From: a virus | Length of the DNA: 64,000 nucleotides | Direction: 5' to 3' (one strand) | IMG/VR virus record: IMGVR_UViG_3300009788_000088 | Shown: piece by piece, positions 38,035 to 47,243 of the stretch | Layout: each line of letters opens with the position of its first letter | Position numbering within the stretch: position 1 is the first letter of the stretch | Program-made: the position numbers and the translations under genes | The notes under the pieces: model-generated | Told to the model about the DNA's origin: nothing | What the model saw: only the letters and a program-made list of their open reading frames with translations | The model's database searches: none

Positions 38035-38267
38035 CGACTGTTCTTCCAACATGAGTGGGGATAAAAACCCCAACACCCACATTCTTGGATACCGAATTTG
38101 TATTTCATTTCCTCACCATACTGTTCTTCAATCCAAACCTTTATCTGTTCACCTAGTTCATTCATCATTATAAAAAACAGTTCTTCCTTAATATCCATAT
38201 TATAGATGGTTTTCTGTGTCTTGTCAAAGACTTCAGTATTGAACTTAACCGTTCCAATGAATTCCAT
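38025..38267 (-). CDS. Hypothetical protein with a gp23-like segment
   Basis: IYNMDIKEELFFIMMNELGEQI; AAGGA RBS. Confidence 0.45.
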   Translation of the reverse strand: MEFIGTVKFNTEVFDKTQKTIYNMDIKEELFFIMMNELGEQIKVWIEEQYGEEMKYKFGIQECGCWGFYPHSCWKNSRPV

Positions 38268-38283
38268 GTGAATTCCTTATATT

Positions 38284-38358
38284 TGGTGAGTCTGGTAGGG
38301 CTTGAACCTACGGCATTCTGGGTGTAAACCAGATGCTCTCCCACTGAGCTACAGACTC
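38284..38358 (-). tRNA. tRNA-Val(TAC)
   Basis: TCTGG-TTTACAC-CCAGA; ACCA. Confidence 0.94.
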
Positions 38359-38361
38359 GTT

Positions 38362-38437
38362 TGGTGGGACTGGCTGGTATTGAACCAACTACGCCCTGAT
38401 CTTCAATCAGGCGCTCTACCGTTTGAGCTACAGTCCC
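38362..38437 (-). tRNA. tRNA-Phe(GAA)
   Basis: CCTGA-TTGAAGA-TCAGG; ACCA. Confidence 0.93.
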
Positions 38438-38735
38438 ATTATTGCACCAACATAAAATATGTTTGGTGTGTCAACCTTATTAACAAATATGAAAACCCGT
38501 TTCGACAATTCCTTTGAACCTCTCCAGTAAAGTTTGGGTGTGGTCCAACCAACAACGGTGGAAATCTGTGGTTTAATAAAGGGATTGTCATTTTTGGATA
38601 TAACATCATAATCTGTCCTTTTGGATCATATATTAACCATTATAGCAGTTAATGGTTAATATGTTACTCATTATCTTTTGACATCATTCGCAGTAAGTAC
38701 CAGTAAAACTAGGTCTTACAGCAATTATTGTCAAG

Positions 38736-38811
38736 TGGTAGGGGTGGCTGGATTCGAACCAGCAACTCTTGAGTTTTGAACCCAATGCCTCTGCCGTTGG
38801 GCCACACCCCC
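38736..38811 (-). tRNA. tRNA-Leu(CAA) with a short variable loop
   Basis: TTGGG-TTCAAAA-CTCAA; ACCA. Confidence 0.9.
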
Positions 38812-38814
38812 TTA

Positions 38815-38892
38815 TGGTACGCCTCCCCGGAGTCGAACCGGGAGTCAACAGATTTTAAGTCTGTTTGCGATTGCCAATTAGCATAGAGGCGC
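38815..38892 (-). tRNA. tRNA-Leu(TAA) with a short variable loop
   Basis: ACAGA-CTTAAAA-TCTGT; ACCA. Confidence 0.9.
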
Positions 38893-38963
38893 ATAATGAT
38901 ACTTTTATTGTGCATTAAGCAACTATTCTATAGCTTATGTCCTATAAAAGCGACATTATATTT

Positions 38964-39038
38964 TGGCGACTCAGAAGGGAATTGAACCCTCATACACTTG
39001 CTCGACAGGCAAGCGACCTACCAATGGTCCACTGAGCC
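38964..39038 (-). tRNA. tRNA-Asp(GTC)
   Basis: CTTGC-CTGTCGA-GCAAG; GCCA. Confidence 0.93.
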
Positions 39039-39041
39039 AAT

Positions 39042-39116
39042 TGGGGTAACCGTCCAGAGTTGAACTGGAATCATCCGGGTCACAGCCGGACACTCTACCA
39101 TTGAGTTACGGCCACC
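39042..39116 (-). tRNA. tRNA-His(GTG)
   Basis: TCCGG-CTGTGAC-CCGGA; G-1:C73 pair; CCA. Confidence 0.92.
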
Positions 39117-39152
39117 ATTAATGGGGTAATGAAATGTCTAAATAGGGTAATA

Positions 39153-39758
39153 TCACCCCTCCATTACCTCCTTTTCGAAAGTTCTGACGGCCAAGTCACT
39201 ATTCGTGATCAAATACTTGGACGCTTCATCATAATAATCCATCGTGGTGCAGACAACCTCCGATACCCCTGCGTTGATGATCTCAATCAAACAATCCTTA
39301 CAGGGAACCGGGCAATTTATATACATCGTGGTATCTAAAGTTGCGCTACCATTTTTAGCCGCTTGAATAAGTGAATTTCTTTCAGCATGTCCGGCTACAC
39401 AGTATTCAAGACCTTCCCCGGACTTGAAACCAAAGAAGTATCTGGGACATATTAGATCATCTGGATCAGGACCGTAGTCCATCTCACAGACCTTATTTTC
39501 AACCATGGGGTCAATATGATACCGTTCCGAACAAACTGGAACTCCGACTGGGGGACCATTATACCCAGTTGAAACAATGGACTTGTCACGGGTCAGCACT
39601 GCTCCAATTTTCCGGGAGAGACACTGGGAATTACTACCCACAGCATCGGCCACACGCAGGAAATACCCATCCCACCGTACTTGCTTCAGCCGTGCCCGTT
39701 CTGCCCGTTTAGCACCATAATCTCCATCTGGTCCCGGTCCATAAACTACTGTATGCAT
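39153..39758 (-). CDS. dCMP deaminase
   Basis: IGAV, STGYNG, HAE-x-N and PCKDC motifs. Confidence 0.95.
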   Translation of the reverse strand: MHTVVYGPGPDGDYGAKRAERARLKQVRWDGYFLRVADAVGSNSQCLSRKIGAVLTRDKSIVSTGYNGPPVGVPVCSERYHIDPMVENKVCEMDYGPDPDDLICPRYFFGFKSGEGLEYCVAGHAERNSLIQAAKNGSATLDTTMYINCPVPCKDCLIEIINAGVSEVVCTTMDYYDEASKYLITNSDLAVRTFEKEVMEG

Positions 39759-39921
39759 TATGATTTCTCCAATGGTTTGTTTTTCAATTGTATTTCCTCA
39801 GAATGACTTTTCCAATCTTCCCCTCTTAAATACTTAGCGGCTATCAACTGTCCCAACCATTGAGGACGATTAATAATCTCCCTAAGAACTTCCTCCATTT
39901 CTATTATTTTTTGTTTAGACA

Positions 39922-40503
39922 TTATCCCTTTCTCCTGAAACACCCTAACGCAAATTCACTGTTCGGTTTCCATCCCAGATAGAACTCCCAATACTTTCCC
40001 TTCTTGTTCCTTGCGGTTTGAAAACTGATGAATGGAAGAGCGATAGCCCACCGTTCTCCGGGTAGAGGCCACATGGTATCCTTCCCGTTCCAATCCTCTC
40101 CTGTCCAGCCCCGGTTATCTCCTCGTTCCCTTGTCCACCAATCCCGTTTGTCCCAGAACCCAAGGACGTACCTGTCAAGATTACAGGTTGGGTTCCTCCA
40201 TCCCCACGCAATTTTTCGAAACCACTGGGGCCACGTCGGATGGAACCAGTCATTTTTTACTGGCGTTCCATCGGCGGGAATGGCGTACACAGGGTCATCA
40301 TCGTTAAGCATCCACCACCACGGATTAATTTTCTGCTTCCATGTAACGGGTGCTTTTGATTTCCGGTAATAATCCTTGGGCCACTCAGACTTACCGTGAG
40401 CAAGATTCACCCCAAGGAAAAACAGAACCACTATGGCCAGAATGATGGGAACCTTCCAAACCATAACCCCTAAAACTCCGAACATTATTAGTCTACCTAT
40501 CAT
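39922..40503 (-). CDS. Membrane-anchored Trp-rich hypothetical protein
   Basis: Start MIGRL; N-terminal transmembrane segments; W-x-WRNP and YLGWK motifs. Confidence 0.6.
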   Translation of the reverse strand: MIGRLIMFGVLGVMVWKVPIILAIVVLFFLGVNLAHGKSEWPKDYYRKSKAPVTWKQKINPWWWMLNDDDPVYAIPADGTPVKNDWFHPTWPQWFRKIAWGWRNPTCNLDRYVLGFWDKRDWWTRERGDNRGWTGEDWNGKDTMWPLPGERWAIALPFISFQTARNKKGKYWEFYLGWKPNSEFALGCFRRKG

Positions 40504-40521
40504 AACATATCCTTTCAAAAA

Positions 40522-40598
40522 TGGAGCCCCCGGCAAGATTCGAACTTGCATTCCGTCTGGTTCGTAGCCAGATGCGTTCTCCATTACGCAACGGAGGC
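40522..40598 (-). tRNA. tRNA-Arg(ACG)
   Basis: TCTGG-CTACGAA-CCAGA; CCA. Confidence 0.93.
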
Positions 40599-40662
40599 TT
40601 GTATATTTTCATACAAGAACTTGTATACATCAATACAAATTCTTGTATGGCTGTATAAAAAA

Positions 40663-40738
40663 TGGAGCGGATAGAGAGATTCGAACTCTCGCATAAGAGG
40701 GTGGAAGCCTCTCGCCTTAGCCGCTTGGCCATACCCGC
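40663..40738 (-). tRNA. tRNA-Gly(TCC)
   Basis: AGAGG-CTTCCAC-CCTCT; TCCA. Confidence 0.94.
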
Positions 40739-40906
40739 TAAACTGTGTTTTTCGTAGCATGGGCAGTATTGATAACCATCGAAGCATCAAACCATCTCAA
40801 GTCTTGGCTCTTAGTTAATTCAACCCCAGAAGCCTCAATTTCATGAAGGATGTCGCTTAATGATTCTGCCGCCTCTAATAAGGTCATCAAAACCTCCGAT
40901 ATTATT

Positions 40907-40980
40907 TGGTAGGGGCACAGAGAATCGAACTCCAGTCAGAGGGTTAAAAGCCCACTGCTTTGCCACTAAGCTATACCCCC
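40907..40980 (-). tRNA. tRNA-Lys(TTT)
   Basis: GTGGG-CTTTTAA-CCCTC; ACCA. Confidence 0.9.
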
Positions 40981-41010
40981 ATATATATTATAACATATCC
41001 ACCGAATAAA

Positions 41011-41289
41011 TCATCTCTCATCAATTTTATGAATACACTCAAACCCAACCCCCTTCTTTGCCAAATTTTGATAATACTCCGGAGCAGGGGGGATTTTCAA
41101 AAAACGTTCTCTTCCCAATAACCTCATCTCAGCATCATATGTTTTCGAAAAATCTTCAAAGGCTTCTTCAGGAGTATCACCTTGTCCGACAATATCTCTC
41201 TGAAGACCCTGTGCCGCAAAAACCCCATCCTCTTCCAAAAGAATGAAAGTTACTTGAGTGTCTTCATCCATTTGTATAAAGTTAATCAT
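41011..41289 (-). CDS. HicB N-terminal-like hypothetical protein
   Basis: EEDGVFAA...VGQGDTPEEA resembles the HicB partial RNase H fold. Confidence 0.5.
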   Translation of the reverse strand: MINFIQMDEDTQVTFILLEEDGVFAAQGLQRDIVGQGDTPEEAFEDFSKTYDAEMRLLGRERFLKIPPAPEYYQNLAKKGVGFECIHKIDER

Positions 41290-41291
41290 TT

Positions 41292-41561
41292 CTACCGCCC
41301 ATGATATTTCACTTTAAAAAACTCATCTTTATCAACAATCACATGATCCCGTGGAATATTATAACTGTTTTCCATCATTGGGTGAGTATGAAGTTGATCG
41401 ATAGCCCACAATAAATCCTTATATGTTATAGGAGCAACACGAGTTATCATAAAACATCGATAACATAACCACACATTTAATTCCTGACGATACCAAAGCC
41501 CTAATACCTTTTCACAACATTCACATGATTTGTTCATATTATGTTCCCATCCCTTCACCAT
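41292..41561 (-). CDS. Hypothetical protein with CxxC motifs
   Basis: ORF in the gene chain. Confidence 0.5.
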   Translation of the reverse strand: MVKGWEHNMNKSCECCEKVLGLWYRQELNVWLCYRCFMITRVAPITYKDLLWAIDQLHTHPMMENSYNIPRDHVIVDKDEFFKVKYHGR

Positions 41562-41994
41562 CCAGCCACTTAAATTCTTCTACTGATAAATATTCTTGAC
41601 ACCCCACACAATAAGTGCCCCCATAAAATTTAGGGTCTCTTGCATGAGTTTCGGCAAGTTCTGAGGTCATTTTTGTTATAGTACCACATCCATTCATCTT
41701 ATCCAAGCCTTTTTGTGTCCAGAACCTTCCACAAATCGGGGATTCACTTTCAGGGTATTCTTCATATTTAACATACCCACATCCTTTGTGTCGTTCCAAT
41801 TCATCCTCATCAAGATCACGAAGAGAATATTTTGGTTGTTTTCCAGAATGAATATATGAATGACGCAAAGGGCGAATAAAACCCTTGGCTCTTTCTTTTT
41901 TGGATAAGACCAAATGAACTTCGTCTTGTCCACCTTCTTCAGAACCCACACCTTTTTTCAACCGTGGATCATTCGGGTCTGTTGTTAATGTCAT
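41539..41994 (-). CDS. Phage hypothetical protein
   Basis: FIRPLRHSYIH...AETHARDPKFYGGTYCVGC; AAGGAG RBS. Confidence 0.7.
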   Translation of the reverse strand: MTLTTDPNDPRLKKGVGSEEGGQDEVHLVLSKKERAKGFIRPLRHSYIHSGKQPKYSLRDLDEDELERHKGCGYVKYEEYPESESPICGRFWTQKGLDKMNGCGTITKMTSELAETHARDPKFYGGTYCVGCQEYLSVEEFKWLDGEGMGT

Positions 41995-42003
41995 GATAAC
42001 TCC

Positions 42004-42420
42004 TTATCCTCTGGTAGCCTGAAACATTGCCCACTTCCTTCTACAATTCTTACAGCCGCATTCCCCTTTACATTCCATGGGACAGTCTTCTTTACAACCA
42101 CATGATTTGCTTCCTTCTGGCCGCCAACACCCCTCCATATCATCCCACTCCATCCCGGAATGTACATCCTTGAATCCCTCTTCACAGTCATCACATACCA
42201 GATAACAAATATCAGACTCGTTATCTTCTACGTAAACCCTCCTGTGATCATCACAGTAATACTTCTCACACGAATAGATGTCCTCTCCGTGCATATCTCC
42301 GCAGACGTAGGCTAGACCCCTATCTATCACCTTTTCACAGTCAGGGTGGTCACAGATAGCTGTAAAGCTGTAACCAATCATCCTGCCCTGTGAATCGATC
42401 CCACAATTACCCCATCCCAT
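42004..42420 (-). CDS. Cys-rich metal-binding hypothetical protein
   Basis: Many Cys residues and a metallothionein-like C-terminus. Confidence 0.6.
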   Translation of the reverse strand: MGWGNCGIDSQGRMIGYSFTAICDHPDCEKVIDRGLAYVCGDMHGEDIYSCEKYYCDDHRRVYVEDNESDICYLVCDDCEEGFKDVHSGMEWDDMEGCWRPEGSKSCGCKEDCPMECKGECGCKNCRRKWAMFQATRG

Positions 42421-42784
42421 CAGTTTTTCTCCTGACTCCTTGAAACCCAGTTATTTTCGGTGGAGAATCAATCGCATGGAATTCACAGGATCGTTGAATA
42501 TATTTCCCCGGCGGCCACTCCTGTCCAGTAGAAGAACATTCAAAACCTTCTGGCCAATGTTTCATAGCCTTGACCTCTGTCCATCCCTTCATCTCTCCAT
42601 CATGAACGATATAACACTTATCCCCCGGCCGCATTTTCTTCGGGAAATTCGCAACACGGAAGTTGGCAACATCCCCGTTGGCATGAGCGTCTTCCAGTTC
42701 CTGAATATACTCATCCCAATTTACCTTCTTTGGAATGGTTATCATCCAGTCATTGAACTCTTGGACAGCCTCATTGAATCTCAT
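42407..42784 (-). CDS. PUA/ASCH/EVE-like protein with a CTS-like N-terminus
   Basis: MRFNEAV start; MRPGDKCYIV...G motif. Confidence 0.55.
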   Translation of the reverse strand: MRFNEAVQEFNDWMITIPKKVNWDEYIQELEDAHANGDVANFRVANFPKKMRPGDKCYIVHDGEMKGWTEVKAMKHWPEGFECSSTGQEWPPGKYIQRSCEFHAIDSPPKITGFQGVRRKTDGMG

Positions 42785-43221
42785 TTTTCACTCTCTGTTA
42801 TCTCATACCCATCTAAAGTTATAAATGTGTGCCAGCCACACCCATGAGGACAGATTATACTGGGCGTAACTTTACCCTTATTATCAATCAAATGAGTATC
42901 ACCAATAGATATTAACTTTAAACAAATAGGACACCCAAGAAATAATGTTTTGTTTTTAAACCACTCCCCATGTTTTGGTGGGAATGATTCAGCTTTAATC
43001 ATTCTCATATTGTTTATTACTTGTAACTGTATTTGTAACTTATGCCCCTTTGTACAAACAGCGGTTAACACAGGCACTCTGAGTTTTGTAAACCCAAGAA
43101 ATGTCCCATCTTTAATTATTATTTTAGCTCCACAATACTGACAACCCAATATCTCACTCCTGTTCCTGTTCCTGTTCCCGGCACCTATCCATATAATCCT
43201 GATAATATCCATCTGTTCCAT
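42781..43221 (-). CDS. Zinc-ribbon hypothetical protein
   Basis: CQYC, CPIC and CPHGCGWH motifs. Confidence 0.5.
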   Translation of the reverse strand: MEQMDIIRIIWIGAGNRNRNRSEILGCQYCGAKIIIKDGTFLGFTKLRVPVLTAVCTKGHKLQIQLQVINNMRMIKAESFPPKHGEWFKNKTLFLGCPICLKLISIGDTHLIDNKGKVTPSIICPHGCGWHTFITLDGYEITESEK

Positions 43222-43506
43222 GCGCTACATCTCCGTAACACATGGAACAGGAACTACCCTGACCCTCTGGAATCGGTTGACCACATGAAGTACAGTTAGG
43301 CATTGCGTGTCTCCTTTATAACTCTTTTAATCAACGGTCCTTTATCGCAATAATCACAAAATTCAAAGGTACTATCTGAAGGCATATATTTAACCCCAGT
43401 GTCTCTACAACGTTTACAATCACAATTACAAATACTGATCTTAGGTCTGCCATAATAAATATTGTAAAGAAGCCCACCGAACTTTTTCATTCTGCCTCCT
43501 TATATC

Positions 43507-43578
43507 TGGCGGGAAGTGAAGGAATCGAACCCTCTCCTACGGCTTTGGAGGCCGTTTGGTCACCATGACCTACAACCC
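43507..43578 (-). tRNA. tRNA-Trp(CCA) with an imperfect acceptor stem
   Basis: ACGGC-CTCCAAA-GCCGT; TTCGATT T-loop; GCCA. Confidence 0.8.
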
Positions 43579-43581
43579 TTA

Positions 43582-43691
43582 TGGTGCGGCATCCCGGAGG
43601 AATCGAACCTCTCGACTTCACCACCCTTCCGTTTAATGGTCACCCTCAGTTACATCCGGAATGCTGAAGGCGAAGGGAACGGTACTCCGCA
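43582..43691 (-). ncRNA. tRNA-like RNA of unknown type (110 nt)
   Basis: Terminal TGCGG/CCGCA stem plus CCA; T-arm GAGG-TTCGATT-CCTC; no canonical D or anticodon arm. Confidence 0.7.
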
Positions 43692-43698
43692 TAATTTT

Positions 43699-43774
43699 TG
43701 GTTGGCCCGGTAGGACTTGAACCTACTCCCTTCCCGTTATGAGCGGGACGCTCCCCCGGTTGAGCTACGGGCCA
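43699..43774 (-). tRNA. tRNA-CAT (elongator Met or Ile2)
   Basis: TCCCG-CTCATAA-CGGGA; 1:72 paired; ACCA. Confidence 0.9.
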
Positions 43775-43775
43775 A

Positions 43776-43851
43776 TGGAGCGCCTACAGGGATTCGAACC
43801 CCGATTTAGAAGGGTAGAAACCTCCCGCCTTTTCCATTAGGCTATAGGCGC
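43776..43851 (-). tRNA. tRNA-Arg(TCT)
   Basis: GGAGG-TTTCTAC-CCTTC; CCA. Confidence 0.92.
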
Positions 43852-43856
43852 AAAAC

Positions 43857-43944
43857 TGGAGGAAGGAGTGGGATTCGGACCCACGGAGGTGTTACCCTCT
43901 CTAAGTTAGCAACCTAGTGCTTTAGACCACTCAGCCACCCTTCC
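43857..43944 (-). tRNA. tRNA-Ser(GCT)
   Basis: CTAGG-TTGCTAA-CTTAG; long variable arm; CCA. Confidence 0.9.
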
Positions 43945-44355
43945 TCAATAAGCACAATCTTGAAGAACCAATTTATCCATACACACCAATTGACCATCAG
44001 TGAATCTGGCGGCGTATTCATACCATTTAACATCATGATTGGTATAAAATCGAATAATACCATGATATTCAGTGTCATGCCACTTAAATCCAATTGAACA
44101 TGCTATCTTTTCCATGAGTCGTCCGGACTTGGTTATCCGATGTAAAGTCAGGAGATTATCCAAACTTTTCGTCTGGAAAGTTCGTTGTGCATCTTTCGGA
44201 AACTCTGGAAGAGGTACACCCTCTTCTACCAGTATGTTGTCATACATCCCCATCGGGGGCCTCCGTTTTCTGTTGGAACAAACCGGTTCCTTTTTCGTAC
44301 CGTTTAACAATGCCCACTGAACGTTCAATGGCTTGATTCCAAGCCTCATCCGCAT
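43945..44355 (-). CDS. Phage hypothetical protein
   Basis: MGMYDNI...FQTKSLD...EYAARFTDG; the true start is probably MGMYD. Confidence 0.6.
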   Translation of the reverse strand: MRMRLGIKPLNVQWALLNGTKKEPVCSNRKRRPPMGMYDNILVEEGVPLPEFPKDAQRTFQTKSLDNLLTLHRITKSGRLMEKIACSIGFKWHDTEYHGIIRFYTNHDVKWYEYAARFTDGQLVCMDKLVLQDCAY

Positions 44356-44431
44356 ATGTGCGTGGTCTCAACACCTTCCCGGCATTCATCTCTGCTATCA
44401 TTCCCTCATATTCCATTTTATCATCCATCAT
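44240..44431 (-). CDS. Hypothetical protein
   Basis: GAGGT RBS. Confidence 0.5.
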   Translation of the reverse strand: MMDDKMEYEGMIAEMNAGKVLRPRTYADEAWNQAIERSVGIVKRYEKGTGLFQQKTEAPDGDV

Positions 44432-44773
44432 GATTCACCTCATCGGGTTCAACTGAACGATAGTAATTCCTCCACATGCAGGACATTCCCATCCTTCGCC
44501 ACCCCGAAGTGAAATTACTGGTTCGGGGGTGACTACCTCTTTCTCACAATGTACACAGGTGTATATCAGATGTTTCAACTCAACACCACCCCCGTCTCTC
44601 TTACCTCCAACCATGTTAAAAAATCTGGTATCCGAAGCAGACACCATTTGTGGATGCAAGACTCAGAGCAAAATACTGGAAGAGGATCACGCTCTTCAAC
44701 AAGATAGCGCTCAATAATACTATACCAATGCCTTTCGTTCCCTATTGGTCCCCTGCATTGTGTACAAATATTA

Positions 44774-45064
44774 TTACCCAGTAAAGTTACCATGCTCATC
44801 ATCCAATAGACCAATAAAGCCGTTTTCCGTGCCTTTCTGGTCTTCATACGGAGCGGCCACCATCCGATAAAGTTCCAACATGGCCATAACCACATCTCCG
44901 ATAATGTTCCGGAGATGTGTATATCTGACAGAACCGTCCTTGAGAAGTCTATGCCAGAGCCGGGTCATAGCATAATTCAGAAGACCGGGACCGTTGATAA
45001 GACGGGCAAGCTCATCTATCGTTTCATCAATCTTGATCCGAAGTTGAGGCTCAATGTACGGCAT
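44774..45064 (-). CDS. DUF6899-like phage protein
   Basis: MPYI...GLLNY...ELYRMVAAPYEDQK-x2-ENG. Confidence 0.7.
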   Translation of the reverse strand: MPYIEPQLRIKIDETIDELARLINGPGLLNYAMTRLWHRLLKDGSVRYTHLRNIIGDVVMAMLELYRMVAAPYEDQKGTENGFIGLLDDEHGNFTG

Positions 45065-45133
45065 TTTCCTTTCCTTTCTTTTTGCGCCGGAATACCGGTA
45101 AACCCCCCGCTCCGACTACATACCCGAACCAGC

Positions 45134-45589
45134 CTATCGAACCACACCCGTTAGAGACGCCGGGTTTGACGGGGGAACCATCGTAGGAGGGATGGCGACA
45201 AAAAGTTCTGGAGAATATATGGATTGGTTTCCATAAGTATCAATAGCCGTCACCGCAACATAATAATACGTTTCCACTTCAGATTCTGGAACGGTCAATG
45301 TATACGTGGCTCCGGTCCCCACTGGCGCAACAAAGTTATCATATTGCCAGACAGTATATCCAGAATAATCACACCCTCCAGTTTCACCTGTTGGCATTTG
45401 CACTGGTGATGACATTGGTGGCCGGGGTGATACTCCCCACCACACAATATAACCAGCCAAATCACCGATAAGGGTTTCGTTACAATTTGTTGTAACTTCT
45501 GCCCAGTTCAAATCGATTTCTCCAGCAATCGCTGGACTTGTAAACATCACCATAACCAATAATAATACCCACACCATCAATTTCTTCAT
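45134..45589 (-). CDS. Secreted fibronectin type III-like protein
   Basis: Signal peptide; LNW, DLAGYIVWWG and YYVAVTAIDTYGNQS. Confidence 0.8.
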   Translation of the reverse strand: MKKLMVWVLLLVMVMFTSPAIAGEIDLNWAEVTTNCNETLIGDLAGYIVWWGVSPRPPMSSPVQMPTGETGGCDYSGYTVWQYDNFVAPVGTGATYTLTVPESEVETYYYVAVTAIDTYGNQSIYSPELFVAIPPTMVPPSNPASLTGVVR

Positions 45590-45612
45590 TTCAAACTACC
45601 TCCAGTTAAAGG

Positions 45613-45696
45613 TGGAAGAAGGTAAAGGAATCGAACCTTCGGGTGTAACCCCGGCAAGGCTTTCAAGGCCCATTATCCCCATGGATGCTACCTTCT
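45613..45696 (-). tRNA. tRNA-Ser(TGA), atypical
   Basis: GGGC-CTTGAAA-GCCT; long variable arm; AGAAGGT/ACCTTCT acceptor stem; CCA. Confidence 0.8.
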
Positions 45697-46037
45697 ACAA
45701 CATCTTCCGCAAATTTTTTCGCAAGGGTCACGCAATACCTCTTGCTGTATCTCTTACTCCGAAATGACCGGGAATACATCCGGCCTTTCCAGATAAAGTC
45801 CAATCGGGTCACTGAGAAATTTGGGTAAGTATAGGCCATGACCTCTACGTATCCGTGTGGAGTAATCACCGTCCCATCCAGATAAGTGTCCATCAGGTCA
45901 TCCCTGTTACCATTCCTATATGTCCGGGTCTCAATACATCCACGAACACGGCCAACATCCCAATTATCATTCCAAATTTCTATACCCATTACTTCAACCT
46001 TGCCAGTCCCGCCCGGAATACCCGGATGGTATTCCAC
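45663..46037 (-). CDS. Hypothetical protein
   Basis: Likely start MGIEIW; the 3' end overlaps tRNA-Ser. Confidence 0.5.
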   Translation of the reverse strand: MEYHPGIPGGTGKVEVMGIEIWNDNWDVGRVRGCIETRTYRNGNRDDLMDTYLDGTVITPHGYVEVMAYTYPNFSVTRLDFIWKGRMYSRSFRSKRYSKRYCVTLAKKFAEDVVEGSIHGDNGP

Positions 46038-46609
46038 GCATCTTCAATGGCGTCATGGATTGTCCCAGCTTTAATCTCCGCTCTCTTCATACAATCTAAC
46101 AGAGACGGCGGTACTTCATCCGTGGGCTCTATCCAGAGAGTCGTGGGGTCCATGACACGTCTATGCCACGTGCTCCGGGAAACGTTACACTGATTGACCA
46201 AAAACGGAACATCAAATGTTCCCACATTCTTTCCTATAATCGGAATGGGGTTAGGGTTCGTCACTGGCAAGGGAAGTCGTAGATTTATAGCCAACCACTG
46301 CTTCAGGTTTTCCCCAGCTTGTTTAGGACTTTTCACGAACTGTTCAAAATCCTCAAGGTAATCATCCAGTCTACCTTCGTTATGCCATCTGGACAGTCTC
46401 TCAATACGCTTGATGAGATCGGCGTTCATAGCCAATGCCGTTGGGCTTCCTGTGATTTCCTCATAATGTATAAGGATGTGTATTCGGGGAAGGTCTTCCA
46501 CTGGAATCTCTGGCTTTTGAAGGTCATCGATTACGGCCCCGATGGAAAGAACTGAATGCAACTTCGTGTCAAGCCCGGTAGTCTCAATATCCAACGATAC
46601 GTACTTCAC
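45989..46609 (-). CDS. DEDDh 3'-5' exonuclease
   Basis: SLDIETTGL, GKNVGTFD and HDAIEDA motifs. Confidence 0.9.
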   Translation of the reverse strand: MKYVSLDIETTGLDTKLHSVLSIGAVIDDLQKPEIPVEDLPRIHILIHYEEITGSPTALAMNADLIKRIERLSRWHNEGRLDDYLEDFEQFVKSPKQAGENLKQWLAINLRLPLPVTNPNPIPIIGKNVGTFDVPFLVNQCNVSRSTWHRRVMDPTTLWIEPTDEVPPSLLDCMKRAEIKAGTIHDAIEDAWNTIRVFRAGLARLK

Positions 46610-46628
46610 ATGAACCTCCTTTTTAAAA

Positions 46629-46704
46629 TGGTACGGGTGGTAGGAGTCGAACCTACAAAATCTGGTTCCTAAGACCAGCGCCTATGCCGTTCGGCCACAC
46701 CCGC
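46629..46704 (-). tRNA. tRNA-Leu(TAG) with a short variable loop
   Basis: CTGGT-CTTAGGA-ACCAG; ACCA. Confidence 0.92.
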
Positions 46705-46812
46705 TTAATTATGCCAACCACAGTCATTACATTCGTGGCGTTCGTAATCACTATTATACCATACTGCATGATAACCACAAGCCGGACATTTCATGACTGC
46801 TCCTTTTAAAGT

Positions 46813-46888
46813 TGGTGACCGCACGGGGAATCGAACCCACGATTGTCAGGGTGAAAACCTGATAGCCTAACCGTTAGCTGATGCGGCC
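46813..46888 (-). tRNA. tRNA-Glu(TTC)
   Basis: TCAGG-TTTTCAC-CCTGA; ACCA. Confidence 0.9.
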
Positions 46889-46889
46889 A

Positions 46890-47093
46890 TTATCTCATAA
46901 ATTCAAAGTGTCCTTGCGCCTCAAAAAAGGCGGCTGTTTCCGGGGGAACGATATCCCCCCTTTTTTGATGCATCCTGATGTGCTGAACTGCTTCCGCAGT
47001 AGACTGAAAATCCAACACACAGGTTAAACAATGAATAACCAATTCTGATGTAGTGGGGTTATCCCCCTGAATTATGTTAACCTCTTCTTGCAT
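46890..47093 (-). CDS. Small C2H2-like protein
   Basis: CLTC...HIRMH; start MQEEV with an AGGAG RBS. Confidence 0.5.
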   Translation of the reverse strand: MQEEVNIIQGDNPTTSELVIHCLTCVLDFQSTAEAVQHIRMHQKRGDIVPPETAAFFEAQGHFEFMR

Positions 47094-47143
47094 GAACCGT
47101 TCTCCTAAAGTACCACTTTTCGTTACAGTACGTAAATGAATGG

Positions 47144-47234
47144 TGGTGGAGAGGGGAGGATTTGAACCTCCGTGTTTACCCAGTGGGACCAGATTTACAG
47201 TCTGGCGCAATCAACCAAACTCTGCCACCTCTCC
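47144..47234 (-). tRNA. tRNA-Tyr(GTA)
   Basis: CCAGA-CTGTAAA-TCTGG; long variable arm; ACCA. Confidence 0.94.
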
Positions 47235-47243
47235 ATAAAAGTT

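Noticed and set aside
38302-40790. Short ORFs such as 38302-38517, 38709-38915, 40493-40732 and 40584-40790
   Set aside because: They are translations of tRNA genes.
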